Of a stretch of 60,481 nucleotides of DNA, positions 18,052 through 29,064 are shown piece by piece. The stretch lies in the NCBI GenBank assembly GCA_024643985.1, contig JAHELW010000003.1, forward strand, positions 1 through 60,481, written 5' to 3'. Position numbers and translations under genes: made by a program. The notes below the pieces were generated by a model. The model had not been told where the DNA came from. It saw nothing but the letters and a program-made list of their open reading frames with translations, and made no database searches. Within the stretch, counting starts at the first letter, position 1. Each line of letters opens with the position of its first letter. Source of the DNA: Myxococcales bacterium (GTDB lineage: Bacteria; Myxococcota_A; Polyangia; Polyangiales; Houyiibacteriaceae).

Positions 18052-20423
18052 CGTCCCACCTCCCGCGCGTCTGCGGCCGCGACGGGGCCCTGGCCGTCTT
18101 CGCCCTCATCAGGCGCCTCTTCCGGCGGGGCTTTTCCGAGGCGCTGAAGGTATGCGATCAGCGCAACGAGCCGGCTGTTGACGACCAGCTCGCAGCCGTC
18201 GGCCATCTCCTCGCACACCTCGACGTTCGCTTCCCCGGCGAGCCCGGCCGCAATGGCCGTTGCGGCAGCCTGCGCGTTCTGCTCGCTCATTTGGATTTCG
18301 TCGGCCCCGTACGGAACGCCCACCGCGCGGAGCGCCCGCATCTTGTCGGGAGTGCCCGCAAAGTCGATCGTAGAAGTAGCGAGGTGCGGGTACGGCGGCA
18401 TGTTCGACCCGACCGAGATCTCCCGCGGGTTGATCATGTGCTTGTAGTGCCAGGTGTCAGCGTACTTGCCGCCGACCCGAGCGAGGTCCGGACCGATTCG
18501 GCGGGACCCCCACTGGAACGGATGGTCGAAGATCGAGTCTTCGATGCTCGAGACCTCGCCATACCGTGCCGTCTCCCAGGTGAACGGTCGGATCATCTGG
18601 GAATGACAGGTGTAGCAGCCCTCGCTGATGAAGACGTCCCGACCTTCCAGCTCGAGCGGATGATAGGGGACGTTCTTCGTGGTGCGCATCGTTTCGGGTA
18701 CGGAGACGATCATCGGGATGATCTCGGCGACGCCACCGATCAGGATGGCAATGGTGACCAGCACCGTGAACACCCCGGCACGTCCTTCGAGGACGCTGTG
18801 CCAGGGCTCCCGTTCTTTGCCACGATCGCGGATCATGATCGCAATTGCTGCGACACCCCACATGAGGGCGACGATTGCGAGCATGGTGCTGACGAGACCG
18901 TCGAACAGCGCCATGCCGAACAAGAGCGCTATGACGACGATCGACGCCATCACGGGCTGACCAAAGAGGAGCTTCGGCCAGGGCACCTCGCGTACGCGCG
19001 GCTCCGTGACGACCGCCACCTCGATCTCGCCGTCGACGGGAGCGCCGCTTCGAGCCGTCTTCACGAGGTTCCACGCCATCAGCAGAATCCCCGCGATGTA
19101 GAGAATGCCCGCGATGAATCGCGCCCAGTACATCGGACGAATCGCGAGATAGGTCTCGACGAAGTTCGGGTAGAGAAGCCCGCCCGTATCGCTCATCGCG
19201 CGCCACATGAGACCCTGCGTGATGCCGGCAACCCACATCGCGACCACGTAGAGGAGAATGCCGATGGTCGCGATCCAGAAGTGGAAGTTGGCGGCCGCGC
19301 GCGAGTGAAGCTTGGTGCCGTAGAGGCGCGGAACCGCCCAGTAGAACATGCCGGCAGCCATGAGGCCGTTCCAACCGAGGCCGCCGCTGTGCACGTGGCC
19401 GATGATCCAGTCCGTGTAGTGTGCGAGGCCGCTCACGCTCTTGATCGAAAGCAACGGACCCTCGAACGTGCTCATGCCGTAGAAGGTCACGCCGGCGGCG
19501 AAGAACTTGAGCACGGGGTCGACCCGGAGCTTGTCCCAAGCACCCCGCAGCGTGAGCAGACCGTTGAGCATACCGCCCCAGCTCGGCGCCCAGAGCATCA
19601 AGCTGAAGACCATTCCTAGGCTCTGCGCCCAATCGGGCAGGGCGGTGTAGAGAAGGTGGTGCGGGCCCGCCCAGATGTAGATGAAGACCAGGCCCCAGAA
19701 GTGGACGATCGAAAGCCGGTAGGAGAACACCGGCCGCTCCGCGGCTTTCGGCAGGAAGTAGTACATGATGCCGAGAATCGGCGTCGTCAGGAAGAAGGCG
19801 ACCGCGTTGTGTCCGTACCACCACTGCACGAGCGCGTCTTGGACGCCTGCGTAGACCGAATAGCTCTTGAGCCAGGTGACGGGAATCGCGAAGCTGTTGA
19901 CGACGTGAAGCACCGCGACCGTGATGATCGTCGCGATGTAGAACCAAATCGCGACGTAAAGATGCTTCTCGCGGCGATTTGCAAGCGTCCAGAAGAAGTT
20001 GACTGCGAAGACGATCCAGATGACCGCGATCGCGATGTCGATGGGCCACTCGAGCTCGGCATATTCCTTCGATGCGGTGATCCCCAGCGGGAGAGTGACC
20101 GCCGCCGCCACGATGATGAGCTGCCAGCCCCAGAAGTGGACCGAAGAAAGGATGTCGGACGCCAGTCGAGCCTTCGCTAGGCGCTGCGTCGAGTAGTAGA
20201 CGCCGGCAAACAGCATGTTGCCGACGAACGCGAAAATGACCGCGTTGGTATGCAAAGGCCGAAGGCGACCAAACGACAGTAGCGGCGGGAAGTTCGCCGG
20301 CCAGAACGCGAGCTGGAGCGCGATGAGGACGCCGACCAGCATGCCGACGATTCCGAAGATGATCGACGCCCAGATGAACTGGCGGACTACCTTGTCGTTA
20401 TAAACGATCCGCTGGGTTTCCAT
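18048..20423 (-). CDS. ccoNO: Fused cbb3 oxidase subunits I/II (CcoN-CcoO)
   Basis: [27 protein letters not shown] (CcoN ligands); [29 protein letters not shown] (CcoO). Confidence 0.95.
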   Translation of the reverse strand: METQRIVYNDKVVRQFIWASIIFGIVGMLVGVLIALQLAFWPANFPPLLSFGRLRPLHTNAVIFAFVGNMLFAGVYYSTQRLAKARLASDILSSVHFWGWQLIIVAAAVTLPLGITASKEYAELEWPIDIAIAVIWIVFAVNFFWTLANRREKHLYVAIWFYIATIITVAVLHVVNSFAIPVTWLKSYSVYAGVQDALVQWWYGHNAVAFFLTTPILGIMYYFLPKAAERPVFSYRLSIVHFWGLVFIYIWAGPHHLLYTALPDWAQSLGMVFSLMLWAPSWGGMLNGLLTLRGAWDKLRVDPVLKFFAAGVTFYGMSTFEGPLLSIKSVSGLAHYTDWIIGHVHSGGLGWNGLMAAGMFYWAVPRLYGTKLHSRAAANFHFWIATIGILLYVVAMWVAGITQGLMWRAMSDTGGLLYPNFVETYLAIRPMYWARFIAGILYIAGILLMAWNLVKTARSGAPVDGEIEVAVVTEPRVREVPWPKLLFGQPVMASIVVIALLFGMALFDGLVSTMLAIVALMWGVAAIAIMIRDRGKEREPWHSVLEGRAGVFTVLVTIAILIGGVAEIIPMIVSVPETMRTTKNVPYHPLELEGRDVFISEGCYTCHSQMIRPFTWETARYGEVSSIEDSIFDHPFQWGSRRIGPDLARVGGKYADTWHYKHMINPREISVGSNMPPYPHLATSTIDFAGTPDKMRALRAVGVPYGADEIQMSEQNAQAAATAIAAGLAGEANVEVCEEMADGCELVVNSRLVALIAYLQRLGKAPPEEAPDEGEDGQGPVAAADAREVGR

Positions 20424-20598
20424 GTTCCTCTTCCTTCTCCGTCGTGGTTGGGGTCATCGGCTTTTCGTCGTCAAGCGGCAGCAGGGCGAGGCGATCGACC
20501 TGATCAAACGTGCCCTGCCGCACGGTCCACACGAAGGCCGCTACGGCGGCGCCGACCAGTGCCACGCAAACGAATATCAACAAGATCAAGATCTCCAT
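20398..20598 (-). CDS. ccoS: cbb3 oxidase maturation protein CcoS
   Basis: [10 protein letters not shown]...[11 protein letters not shown]...LLPLDD. Confidence 0.85.
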   Translation of the reverse strand: MEILILLIFVCVALVGAAVAAFVWTVRQGTFDQVDRLALLPLDDEKPMTPTTTEKEEEHGNPADRL

Positions 20599-22985
20599 CG
20601 GAGCCTCTTTCCGGAAAGCATCATCACGGTGTATGCAAGCGTGAGAAGCGAGCTGAGCGGCATTAGCACAGCCGCGACCCAGGGCTTCATCCACCCCGCC
20701 ATGGCGATCGATACCGCGACCAAATTGTATGCGATTGCAAACGCCAAGATGCGGCGCACCACCTGCGCCAAGGTTTCCGCGGCGCGCAGGACTTGCGCCA
20801 CCGGATGCAACCCCGGGGACACGAAGTAGAAGTCACATCGTGAGGCCATGAACGGTCGATTTACGGCGGGTGTTCCCGAGCAGGCCGCCTCTCTCATCGC
20901 GACCCGATCGTTCAAGCCGTCTCCGACCAGCAAAGTCCGTGCCGGATCGTTCTCGCGCACATAGGCTGCCTTCTGCTCGGGGCTCTGCGCTCCGATGCAC
21001 GCGTCGGCGGACATCCCGAGACTCGCGCCGAGCGTCGTCACTCTGGGCTGTGCGTCGCCGCTGAGAATCGCCAGCTCGTAGCCGCGTTCCTCGAGTGTCT
21101 CGATCTCGTGTCGCGCGCCCGGGCGGAGCTGCTCGTCGGTCTCGACCGCAGCGATGCGCCGGTCGTTTGCCGAGAACACGACGTCTCCTGCATCTCCCAC
21201 GGCGGCCGGAGCCGCCCAGCTCGGTGCGCCGAGCTTGTAGTGCACACCTCGGTGCTCGGCCGAGACTCCGTAGCCGGTGTGCTCCCGGACCTCGAGCTCC
21301 GCGAATCGGGCGGCACGATGACCCTCGAGCGCCCTACGAACGGCCACGCTCTTCGGGTGCGCGCTTCGCGCCACCATGTTGTAGAGCACGGTGGTTTGAT
21401 CTTCCGACAAGGCGCGTAGAGGTGCGACATCGACCACTTCGAGGGTCCCCGTCGTCAGCGTTCCCGTCTTGTCGAACACGATGCGGGTCATCGACCGCAC
21501 GCGATCGAGGAAGTCTCCGACTCGAACGAAGATGCCGCTCCGTCGAAGCTGTGTCAGCACGAGCTCGTAAGCGAGAGGGGCCGCGATTCCGAACGCGCAC
21601 GGACACGTGACGACGAGCACGGCGGTGCCGACCTCGATCGCACGGAGCGGCTCGTCGCTCCGCAACCACCAGAAGCCGATCGCGAGCGCTGCCAGCGTGA
21701 TGACCCCAACCACGTAGTAGCGCGACAAGCGCGACCACCAGTCCGTCGTCAGCGGTCCGTCGCCTCGTGTCGCCGGGTCTCGCCCGAGCAGCCCGATCAG
21801 AGAGGAACCGGCGAAATCCGTCGCCGCCACGCCTGAAAAGGCCCTTTCGCCTACGTTGAAGGCGCCTGCGGGAACCGTGGCCCCGTCCTCGAAGCGTCGC
21901 GGACGGCTCTCTCCATCGATCCAGTCGAGCGAGCAGCTGGCGACTTCGCCGAGCAACTGCAGGTCGACCGGTACGAGATCGCCCGGCGCGACGAGCAGCT
22001 GGTCGCCCTTCCGAACAGCGATGCAGTGCACGATGCGCACGACTCCGTCCTTGACCTCCCGGGTGAGAAGGCCTTGGGTTCCGTCGTCTGCGAGGAGCTG
22101 CAGTCGGTTTCGCTCGAGCATTCGCTGCTGGAGCCAGCGACCGACGAGCATGAGCGCGATGAAGACGGTCAAGGTGTCGACATAGACCGCTTCGCCGGAC
22201 GCGAAGAAGAAGGACCACGTCGATCCGGCGAAGGCGAGCACGATGCCAAGCGCGATCGGGACGTCGAGATGGAGCGTTCGTTGGCGCACGGCTCGAGCCG
22301 CGGAGCCGATGAAGACCGAGCCTCCGATCAGGACGGCGAGAACGCCGGCCGCGTAGCTCAGGTCGTTCAAGATCTCGTAGATCGGCCCTTCTCGAAGCCC
22401 GAGGTACATCGCTGCCGCGAAGAGCATGACGTTCGCGGCAAGTGCGGCGCAGATGCCGACGCGTAGGAGCAGATCATCGGAGGCTCGCGCGCCTCGCGCT
22501 CTCGCAGGGCCGAGGAGGTAGCCGAGATCTTCGACGGCTGAGACCCAGTCGGAAAGCGCAAACTCCGGCGAAATTCGCAGGTCGATCCGGCCGAGCGCCG
22601 GGTTGATCGACATCATCCCCGCGCGAGGACCGCCGTGGCGTCGAAAGAGCTCCTCGATCAACCAAACACACGCAGCGCAGTGAATTCCCTGAATGTCGAG
22701 CTCCAAACGGGTGACTCCGCGATCGGCCGTCCGCTCTTCCTCGATCAGCTCGAGCCACTTGTGGTCGATGCGGCGGGAATCGATGTCTGCCGGAGGAAGA
22801 CCGGGGCCCCGTCTGAGATCGTAGTAGCGCGTCAGCCCGGCTTTGCGGAGAATGCCGTTTACTGCGCGGCAGCCCCGGCAACAAAACGGGGCGAACGCGT
22901 CGCTGACCAGCGGCTGGGCGCAGTGCGCGCATCGCGAGACCTCGAGCGAAGGCGTTTCACAGACGGCGGTTTGGGGCGCAGTCAC
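20586..22985 (-). CDS. ccoI: Heavy-metal P1B-type ATPase CcoI/FixI
   Basis: CAHC...FCCRGC, GIHCAAC, CPC, DKTGTLT, GDGLND. GTG 22985 overlaps the upstream TGA. Confidence 0.9.
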   Translation of the reverse strand: MTAPQTAVCETPSLEVSRCAHCAQPLVSDAFAPFCCRGCRAVNGILRKAGLTRYYDLRRGPGLPPADIDSRRIDHKWLELIEEERTADRGVTRLELDIQGIHCAACVWLIEELFRRHGGPRAGMMSINPALGRIDLRISPEFALSDWVSAVEDLGYLLGPARARGARASDDLLLRVGICAALAANVMLFAAAMYLGLREGPIYEILNDLSYAAGVLAVLIGGSVFIGSAARAVRQRTLHLDVPIALGIVLAFAGSTWSFFFASGEAVYVDTLTVFIALMLVGRWLQQRMLERNRLQLLADDGTQGLLTREVKDGVVRIVHCIAVRKGDQLLVAPGDLVPVDLQLLGEVASCSLDWIDGESRPRRFEDGATVPAGAFNVGERAFSGVAATDFAGSSLIGLLGRDPATRGDGPLTTDWWSRLSRYYVVGVITLAALAIGFWWLRSDEPLRAIEVGTAVLVVTCPCAFGIAAPLAYELVLTQLRRSGIFVRVGDFLDRVRSMTRIVFDKTGTLTTGTLEVVDVAPLRALSEDQTTVLYNMVARSAHPKSVAVRRALEGHRAARFAELEVREHTGYGVSAEHRGVHYKLGAPSWAAPAAVGDAGDVVFSANDRRIAAVETDEQLRPGARHEIETLEERGYELAILSGDAQPRVTTLGASLGMSADACIGAQSPEQKAAYVRENDPARTLLVGDGLNDRVAMREAACSGTPAVNRPFMASRCDFYFVSPGLHPVAQVLRAAETLAQVVRRILAFAIAYNLVAVSIAMAGWMKPWVAAVLMPLSSLLTLAYTVMMLSGKRLRWRS

Positions 22986-23713
22986 GGTCCGTGGTGGTGG
23001 TCGTGGTCGTTCGCGGGTTGGCCGTCGGTGCTCTGACCGTGAGCTGGGCCGTGGTGACCCTCCCCGTGACGCAGCGCGTGCACGGGTCGTATCACGAAGA
23101 GGATCGCCCCGAGAGCGAGCACGACCGCTAGCGCGCGCGTGGTCGTAGGCCTCGGGCGTCGGGAAAACCGCTCGAACACCCACGCTGCGCCAACGAGACC
23201 GACGCCGCTGACGACGGCAAATGCGAGCATGGTCGCAGAGCCTGCGAGCATGCCTCCAGTCGAAGCCGCGATCAGCACGGCGGCAGCCAGAGCGCCGCAA
23301 GGAAGCAGCGCGGTCCCGAGCCCGACGAAAAAGGGATGCCGACCGAGTGCCTGAAGCGCACGGGTACCCCGTGACTCGGACGCCACTTCGTTCTTGGCGC
23401 GGAGCGTGACGAGCGGTGATTCAGGACGCCGCCACAGTCGAAACGCTGCGAGACCCAGGCCGATCGCCAGCGACCAGCTCAGGAGCGCTCCGCCCCAGGC
23501 GCCGGGAAGGCTGGTTGCCGTGGCGCCTCCGACGGCGCCCGCGATGGCCCCGAGGGTCGAATAGCTGATGAATCGCCCGAGCTGGTAGCGCCCTTGTCCG
23601 GATGCACCGGGCCGCCCGCTGCACGCGTACGCGGCCAGCGGGCCGCACATCGCGGTGCAGTGCGGAACCGATGCGAGGCCTGCGGCGGCCCCGGCAATCA
23701 CCGCCGTCCACAT
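22982..23713 (-). CDS. DsbD_2 / TauE-SafE-like membrane protein of cco clusters, His-rich C-terminus
   Basis: HCTAMCGP, YQLGRFISY, LLPCG motifs; C-terminal HGEGHHG...HDHHH. Confidence 0.8.
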   Translation of the reverse strand: MWTAVIAGAAAGLASVPHCTAMCGPLAAYACSGRPGASGQGRYQLGRFISYSTLGAIAGAVGGATATSLPGAWGGALLSWSLAIGLGLAAFRLWRRPESPLVTLRAKNEVASESRGTRALQALGRHPFFVGLGTALLPCGALAAAVLIAASTGGMLAGSATMLAFAVVSGVGLVGAAWVFERFSRRPRPTTTRALAVVLALGAILFVIRPVHALRHGEGHHGPAHGQSTDGQPANDHDHHHGP

Positions 23714-23794
23714 GCGCGCTTCTTAGGGTCAGTCATCGGCACAGTCACCGCGGAACCCCTCGATGGACCTCCGGCCCCCGTTTATACCCGAAGA

Positions 23795-23807
23795 CGCATA
23801 TTTTGCG
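23795..23807. promoter_or_regulatory. CGCA-N5-TGCG site in the divergent cco / ywiC-nqr promoter region
   Basis: CGCATATTTTGCG, the same motif as at 10950, 10980, 14851 and 14880. Confidence 0.5.
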
Positions 23808-23875
23808 CGACGCTCTTCAATCCCGGGCGAAAATGCCGTGGTGCGTACCGGGACGGGTGCTATCCCGACAAGGCG

Positions 23876-24724
23876 ATGGCCTCGGAACGCCGCATGATCC
23901 CGCGCGAGCACGGCGCCTACGCCGAGCTCTTGTTCCCGATCGTGACGGTGCTTCTCGGCGGAAGGCCGTCCGGCTCGACCTGGCTGCTCGCCCTCGGCGT
24001 CATCGCGAGCTTCCTAGCCAACGAGCCGCTTCTCGTGCTGGTCGGTCAGCGGGGCACGCGAATGAAGCGAGAGGAGGGCGAACGTGCGAAGCGGGCGCTT
24101 CTGATCTTCGTCATGGTTGCGCTGGGAGCCGGTCTGTCGGGGCTCGCGCTGGCCCCGCAGCCCGCGCAAATCGCGGTCGTGCTGCCTCTTCTGCTCGGAG
24201 GCACCCTCGTGATGCTGGCCATTCAAGGGCTGGAACGCAGCTTGTTCGGCGAGGCCCTCGCAGCGACGGCCCTGTCCTCGGTAGCGATTCCGCTCGGATT
24301 GTCCGCAGGGCTCGGCCTCACCGCCTCCCTCGCGGTGGCGCTGATCTGGGCCGTGACGTCGCTGCTCGGCACGTCGGTCGTCCGTCTGACCGTGGCGCGA
24401 ACCAAGGCAAAGACCGATCACGAGCGACGAATGGTGGCCACCAAGCGCTCCGCTCTCATCCTGGTCTGCCTGGTCGTCATCGCAGTAGGCGTTAGCGCGC
24501 CCTTCGGCTCCAGGGTGGGGCTCTGGGTGCTGGCTGCCGCGGTTCCGGTCGCGGTCGTCGTGCTCGTGATGGCCGCGCTTCGACCGACCGCGCGGCGCCT
24601 GCGGCTGATGGGTTGGAGCCTCGTGGCGGCCAACCTCCTTTCACTGATAGCAGTGGTCACGACGCTAAAGATCATTCAGGATTTCGATGCGGTGGAACCG
24701 ACCCTGCCGTTCCCCATGTTTTAG
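23876..24724 (+). CDS. YwiC-like membrane protein
   Basis: N-terminal IPREHGAY (cf. the PxQHGAW signature) followed by multiple TM helices. Confidence 0.75.
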   Translation: MASERRMIPREHGAYAELLFPIVTVLLGGRPSGSTWLLALGVIASFLANEPLLVLVGQRGTRMKREEGERAKRALLIFVMVALGAGLSGLALAPQPAQIAVVLPLLLGGTLVMLAIQGLERSLFGEALAATALSSVAIPLGLSAGLGLTASLAVALIWAVTSLLGTSVVRLTVARTKAKTDHERRMVATKRSALILVCLVVIAVGVSAPFGSRVGLWVLAAAVPVAVVVLVMAALRPTARRLRLMGWSLVAANLLSLIAVVTTLKIIQDFDAVEPTLPFPMF

Positions 24725-24735
24725 AGGAGAAGGCT

Positions 24736-25149
24736 GTGCTCGCTAAAGACATCATGACCGAAAACCCCGTGACCTCGTCGGAGCTCATGTCCGTCAGCGA
24801 AGCGCTCGGGTTGCTGTACGAGCTCGATGTTCGCCACCTTCCGGTGGTTCGCGGCAACGAGCTCGTCGGCATCGTGAGCGATCGTGACCTGCGCGGCTTC
24901 ACGGCGCCCGACGAAGACACGGCAATCGAAGCCGTCGACGACGCCAACAGCTCGAGCGTCGGCAACTTCATGAATACGAACCCGGTCCGGGTCGATCCCG
25001 AGACGAATCTTCGAGAGGTCGTCGAGCTGATGCTTCTGCATCGAGTCGGCGCGATTCCCGTATGTGACCTCGATACGGGTGACCTTCTCGGGATCGTGAG
25101 CTACGTCGACCTTCTGCGGGTTCTTCAGGAGACCCTGGAACGCACGTGA
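24736..25149 (+). CDS. Stand-alone CBS-pair protein
   Basis: AKDIMTENPV...VRHLPVV...GIVSDRDL...FMNTNPV...GIVSYVDLL. GTG start after GAGGAG. Confidence 0.88.
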   Translation: MLAKDIMTENPVTSSELMSVSEALGLLYELDVRHLPVVRGNELVGIVSDRDLRGFTAPDEDTAIEAVDDANSSSVGNFMNTNPVRVDPETNLREVVELMLLHRVGAIPVCDLDTGDLLGIVSYVDLLRVLQETLERT

Positions 25150-26459
25150 AGCTCATCACGTCACACGAAACCACGGACTTCGATGGTCTGGCTTCGTGTG
25201 TCGCGCTGCAGAAGCTGCTGCCGGGTGCCCTCATCGGATTGAGCGGCGGATTCTCCTCGAACGTTCACCAGTATCTAGCGCTCCACCGCGATCGTTTTCG
25301 GACACATCGCTGCCAGGACCTCGATCTGAAGGCCGTCGACCTGCTCGTCGTGACGGATGTACGCAAGCGCGCTCGCCTCACGCACGTCGAGCCGGTCATC
25401 GAAAGAGCCGCGAAGGACCCCCTTCGCGTCCGCGTGGTCGTGTGGGATCACCACCCCGCGTCGCCCGACGACCTTCATGCCGACGAAGAGCACGTCCAGC
25501 CGGTTGGCTCGGTCACCACACTCTTGGTCGAGGAGCTTCGCGCGCGGGCGATCGACGTGGATCGCGAGGAGGCGACTCTGTTTGCCCTCGGCATTCACGA
25601 GGACACGGGCTCGCTGTCCTATGCCCGTTCATGTTCGCGCGATGCGGCGGCGCTCGCCTGGCTGCTCGGTCAGGGCGCGCAGTCGGGCCTCGTCCAGCGC
25701 TTCTTGAGGCCGCCTCTCGATCCCCTGGAGCGCGAGCTCCTGGTTCGATTGGTAGCGGTGGTCGAGGAGGTGCCGCGCGCCGGCGCTTCCGTCGCGATAG
25801 CGGCATTGGAAACGGAGGAGGTACCGCCGACTCTTGCTCGCGTGTCGACCGAGGCGTTTCGCATCCTCCCGCACGATGCGCTCTTTTGCGTGTTCCGTCT
25901 GCGTAACGGGAAGTCTCACATCGTCGGTCGCGGTCAGACGGACACGGTGCCGATAGGGGCCATCCTCGGGGATTTCGGCGGAGGCGGGCACGCCGGAGCG
26001 GGCGCAGCTTCCGTCCACGACACGCCGCTCGAAGAGGTGGTGGCCACGCTCCGGCAAAGCGTCGCCCGTCGATGCCGCCAGCCGGAGCTAGTGCGCGACC
26101 TCATGTCGAGCCCGGTCCGCACGGTGAGTCCAGATACGCCCCTTCCGGAGCTGACGAGCTCGCTTCGAGAGTGGGGCCATACCGGTGCTCCGGTCGTCGA
26201 TGGAGGCAGGCTCGTCGGGATCATCTCGCGTCGCGACGTGGAGCGCGCGCAGCGTCAGGGTCGAGCGGAGATGGCCGTGAAGAGCTGCATGGCGCATCGC
26301 GTGCACACCGTCGCGCCGGACGCACCGCTCAGAGACGCGCTCGCGCAAATGCGGGAGCACAACGTCGGCCGGCTCCCTGTCCTCGACGGCGCCCGCATCG
26401 TCGGCATCCTGTCTCGGGAAGACGTTCTCGGCTACCTCTACGAGGAGTCGCCTTGCTGA
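25146..26459 (+). CDS. DHH/DHHA1 phosphoesterase fused to a C-terminal CBS pair
   Basis: SHETTDFDGLAS, WDHH, GIHEDTGSL, GGGGHAGA, then VRDLMSSPV...VGRLPV...GILSRED. Confidence 0.85.
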   Translation: MKLITSHETTDFDGLASCVALQKLLPGALIGLSGGFSSNVHQYLALHRDRFRTHRCQDLDLKAVDLLVVTDVRKRARLTHVEPVIERAAKDPLRVRVVVWDHHPASPDDLHADEEHVQPVGSVTTLLVEELRARAIDVDREEATLFALGIHEDTGSLSYARSCSRDAAALAWLLGQGAQSGLVQRFLRPPLDPLERELLVRLVAVVEEVPRAGASVAIAALETEEVPPTLARVSTEAFRILPHDALFCVFRLRNGKSHIVGRGQTDTVPIGAILGDFGGGGHAGAGAASVHDTPLEEVVATLRQSVARRCRQPELVRDLMSSPVRTVSPDTPLPELTSSLREWGHTGAPVVDGGRLVGIISRRDVERAQRQGRAEMAVKSCMAHRVHTVAPDAPLRDALAQMREHNVGRLPVLDGARIVGILSREDVLGYLYEESPC

Positions 26460-26500
26460 TGGCGTCCCGTACCAAGATTGGCTAGTCTGCGCGGTCTCCA

Positions 26501-27850
26501 ATGCACGTCCGTGTTCGAAAAGGCTTGGACATTCCGATCGATGGAGAACCGGAGCAGCGCATCGAGGATTCGAACCCGGTCGGTTGGGTAGCCCTCGTGG
26601 CCCGCGACTACCAGGGACTCCAGCCGAGGCTGCTCGTGGAAGTCGGGGGACGTGTCTGTCTCGGCCAGCCGGTGCTCGTCGATAAGCAACAACCAGACGT
26701 GACGTACACCGCTCCCGGCTGCGGCGAGGTGGTCGCGATCCATCGGGGAGAGCGAAGGGCCCTTCAATCCGTCGTGATCCGCCTCGACGGAGACGACGAA
26801 GAAACCTTTGGCGCGCATCCTCGCGATGCGCTCGAGGCTCTCGAGCGCGAGACCGTCCGCGAGACCTTGCTTCGCTCCGGCCTCTGGACGTCGCTGAGAA
26901 CACGGCCTTTCGGGAAAGTCCCCAAAGCGGACGCAACTCCGCACTCGATCTTCGTCACCGCAATCGATACGAACCCGCTTGCCGCGGATCCCCGAGTCGT
27001 GATCGCGGAGCGACCCGACGAGTTCCGCGACGGCCTCGCCGTCATCAGCCGCCTGACCGACGGCCGAGTTTACGTTTGTGAGGGGCCCGGCCCCAGTCTC
27101 GACCTACCGAGGCTCGAGGCGATGGCCCCGGCGGTCTTCGAGGGACCGCACCCGGCAGGCCTTCCCGGAACACACATTCACTTCCTCGATCCGGTGAGCG
27201 AGAAGAAGTCGGTCTGGTACCTCAACTACCAGGACGTCATTGCGATCGGCGCGCTGTTCACGACGGGCCGGATTCTCACCGAACGCGTGATTTCACTCGC
27301 GGGCCCGCTCGTGAAGAGGCCGCGCTTGCTCCGTACGCGATGGGGGGCGAGCACGGAGGATCTGCTCGACGGCGAGGTGGAGCCCGTGGCAAGTCGCGTG
27401 ATCTCCGGGTCCATTCTTAATGGTCGTCGCGCGGCGGGGCGGGCGCGCTACCTCGGCCCGTACGACCTTCAGCTGAGCGTGATCCAAGAAGACCATTCCC
27501 GGCACTTCCTCGACTGGCTCGCACCCGGCTTTGGGAAGTACTCCGCGACTCGTGCGTTTGCCGGAGCGCTGCGGCCCCGGAAACGGCGTTTTCCTCTAAC
27601 GAGCTCGCAGCAGGGTAGCCCTCGCGCCATGGTGCCGATCGACAACTTCGAGCGGGTGATGCCGCTCGACATTCTGCCCGCGCCGCTGCTCAAGGCGCTC
27701 ATCGTTCAGGACACGGAGACGGCCAAAGCGCTCGGCTGCCTCGAGCTCGAGGAAGATGACCTCGCCCTCTGTGCTTTCGTTTGCTGCAGCAAGTACGAGT
27801 ACGGCTCCTTCCTCCGTAACGCTCTCAATCTCATCGAGAAGAACGGCTGA
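26501..27850 (+). CDS. nqrA: Na+-translocating NADH:quinone oxidoreductase subunit A
   Basis: [50 protein letters not shown]. Confidence 0.93.
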   Translation: MHVRVRKGLDIPIDGEPEQRIEDSNPVGWVALVARDYQGLQPRLLVEVGGRVCLGQPVLVDKQQPDVTYTAPGCGEVVAIHRGERRALQSVVIRLDGDDEETFGAHPRDALEALERETVRETLLRSGLWTSLRTRPFGKVPKADATPHSIFVTAIDTNPLAADPRVVIAERPDEFRDGLAVISRLTDGRVYVCEGPGPSLDLPRLEAMAPAVFEGPHPAGLPGTHIHFLDPVSEKKSVWYLNYQDVIAIGALFTTGRILTERVISLAGPLVKRPRLLRTRWGASTEDLLDGEVEPVASRVISGSILNGRRAAGRARYLGPYDLQLSVIQEDHSRHFLDWLAPGFGKYSATRAFAGALRPRKRRFPLTSSQQGSPRAMVPIDNFERVMPLDILPAPLLKALIVQDTETAKALGCLELEEDDLALCAFVCCSKYEYGSFLRNALNLIEKNG

Positions 27851-29064
27851 TGCGTCCCCTGCGAAATCTCTTGGATCAGCTCGAGCCCTACTTTCGAAAG
27901 GGCGGACGGCTCGAGAGCTATCAAGCGATCTACGAGATGCTCGATACTCTCTTCTACTCGCCATCGGACGTCTCGCGGGGGGCCCCGCACGTACGAGATG
28001 CACTCAATTTGAAGCGAGTGATGGGGCTCGTCGTGCTCGGGGTGCTTCCCTGCGCAGTCGTCGGCATGTGGAATACCGGCCATCAGGCACACCTCGCGAT
28101 GGCTGAGCTCGGTCTTCCGCCGCCGACGGGCTGGCGCGGGACGCTGATGGCGCTCTTGGGGGTCGGGCACGATCCGAGCAGCGTCGGCGCGGCGATATTC
28201 CACGGTTTTCTCTACTTCCTTCCGATTTACGCGGTCACGATGCTCGCGGGCGGGTTTTGGGAGATTCTGTTTGCCGGCATACGCAATCACGAGGTCAACG
28301 AGGGCTTCTTCGTCACTTCGATTCTCTACGCGCTCACGCTCCCCGCGACGACGCCGCTCTGGCAGGTTGCCGTCGGGATTTCGTTTGGTGTCGTGATCGC
28401 GAAAGAAGTGTTTGGGGGAACGGGCAAGAACTTCATGAATCCTGCGCTCGCAGGGCGGGCTTTTCTGTACTTTGCCTACCCCGTGCAGATGTCCGGGGAA
28501 TCCGTGTGGGTGCCGCCAGTCGACGTCGTGACGGGGGCCACGCCCCTTGCCATCGGCGCCGAGAGCGGAGTTGCGGGCATCGTCGAATCGGGGGTGACGT
28601 GGATGGACGCGTTTCTCGGTCCAATTCAAGGCTCGCTCGGGGAAACGTCGGCGCTCGCGTGCCTGCTCGGGGGCGCATTCATCGTCTACACGGGGGTCGC
28701 GTCCTGGCGGATCATCGTCGGTGTCATGATCGGCATGGTCGGCACCGCGGTGCTCTTCAACGCGGTTGGCTCCGACGTCAATCCGATGTTCGGGATGCCC
28801 TGGGAGTGGCATCTCGTTCTCGGCGGCTTTGCCTTCGGCATGGTCTTCATGGCTACCGACCCCGTCACGGCGTGCGTGACCAACACCGGCCGCTGGATTT
28901 TCGGGGCGGTCGTCGGGGCCCTCACCGTCGTCATCCGAGTGGTGAACGTGGCGTTCCCCGAGGGCATCATGCTCGCGATCCTATTCGCGAACATCTTCTC
29001 CCCGACCATCGACTATTTCGTGATGCAAGCGAACATCAACCGGAGGCTGAAGCGGAGTGCCTGA
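27850..29064 (+). CDS. nqrB: Na+-NQR subunit B
   Basis: HEVNEGFFVT, KEVFGGTGKNFMNPAL, FMN-attachment motif TGATPL, FMATDPV. Confidence 0.95.
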   Translation: MRPLRNLLDQLEPYFRKGGRLESYQAIYEMLDTLFYSPSDVSRGAPHVRDALNLKRVMGLVVLGVLPCAVVGMWNTGHQAHLAMAELGLPPPTGWRGTLMALLGVGHDPSSVGAAIFHGFLYFLPIYAVTMLAGGFWEILFAGIRNHEVNEGFFVTSILYALTLPATTPLWQVAVGISFGVVIAKEVFGGTGKNFMNPALAGRAFLYFAYPVQMSGESVWVPPVDVVTGATPLAIGAESGVAGIVESGVTWMDAFLGPIQGSLGETSALACLLGGAFIVYTGVASWRIIVGVMIGMVGTAVLFNAVGSDVNPMFGMPWEWHLVLGGFAFGMVFMATDPVTACVTNTGRWIFGAVVGALTVVIRVVNVAFPEGIMLAILFANIFSPTIDYFVMQANINRRLKRSA

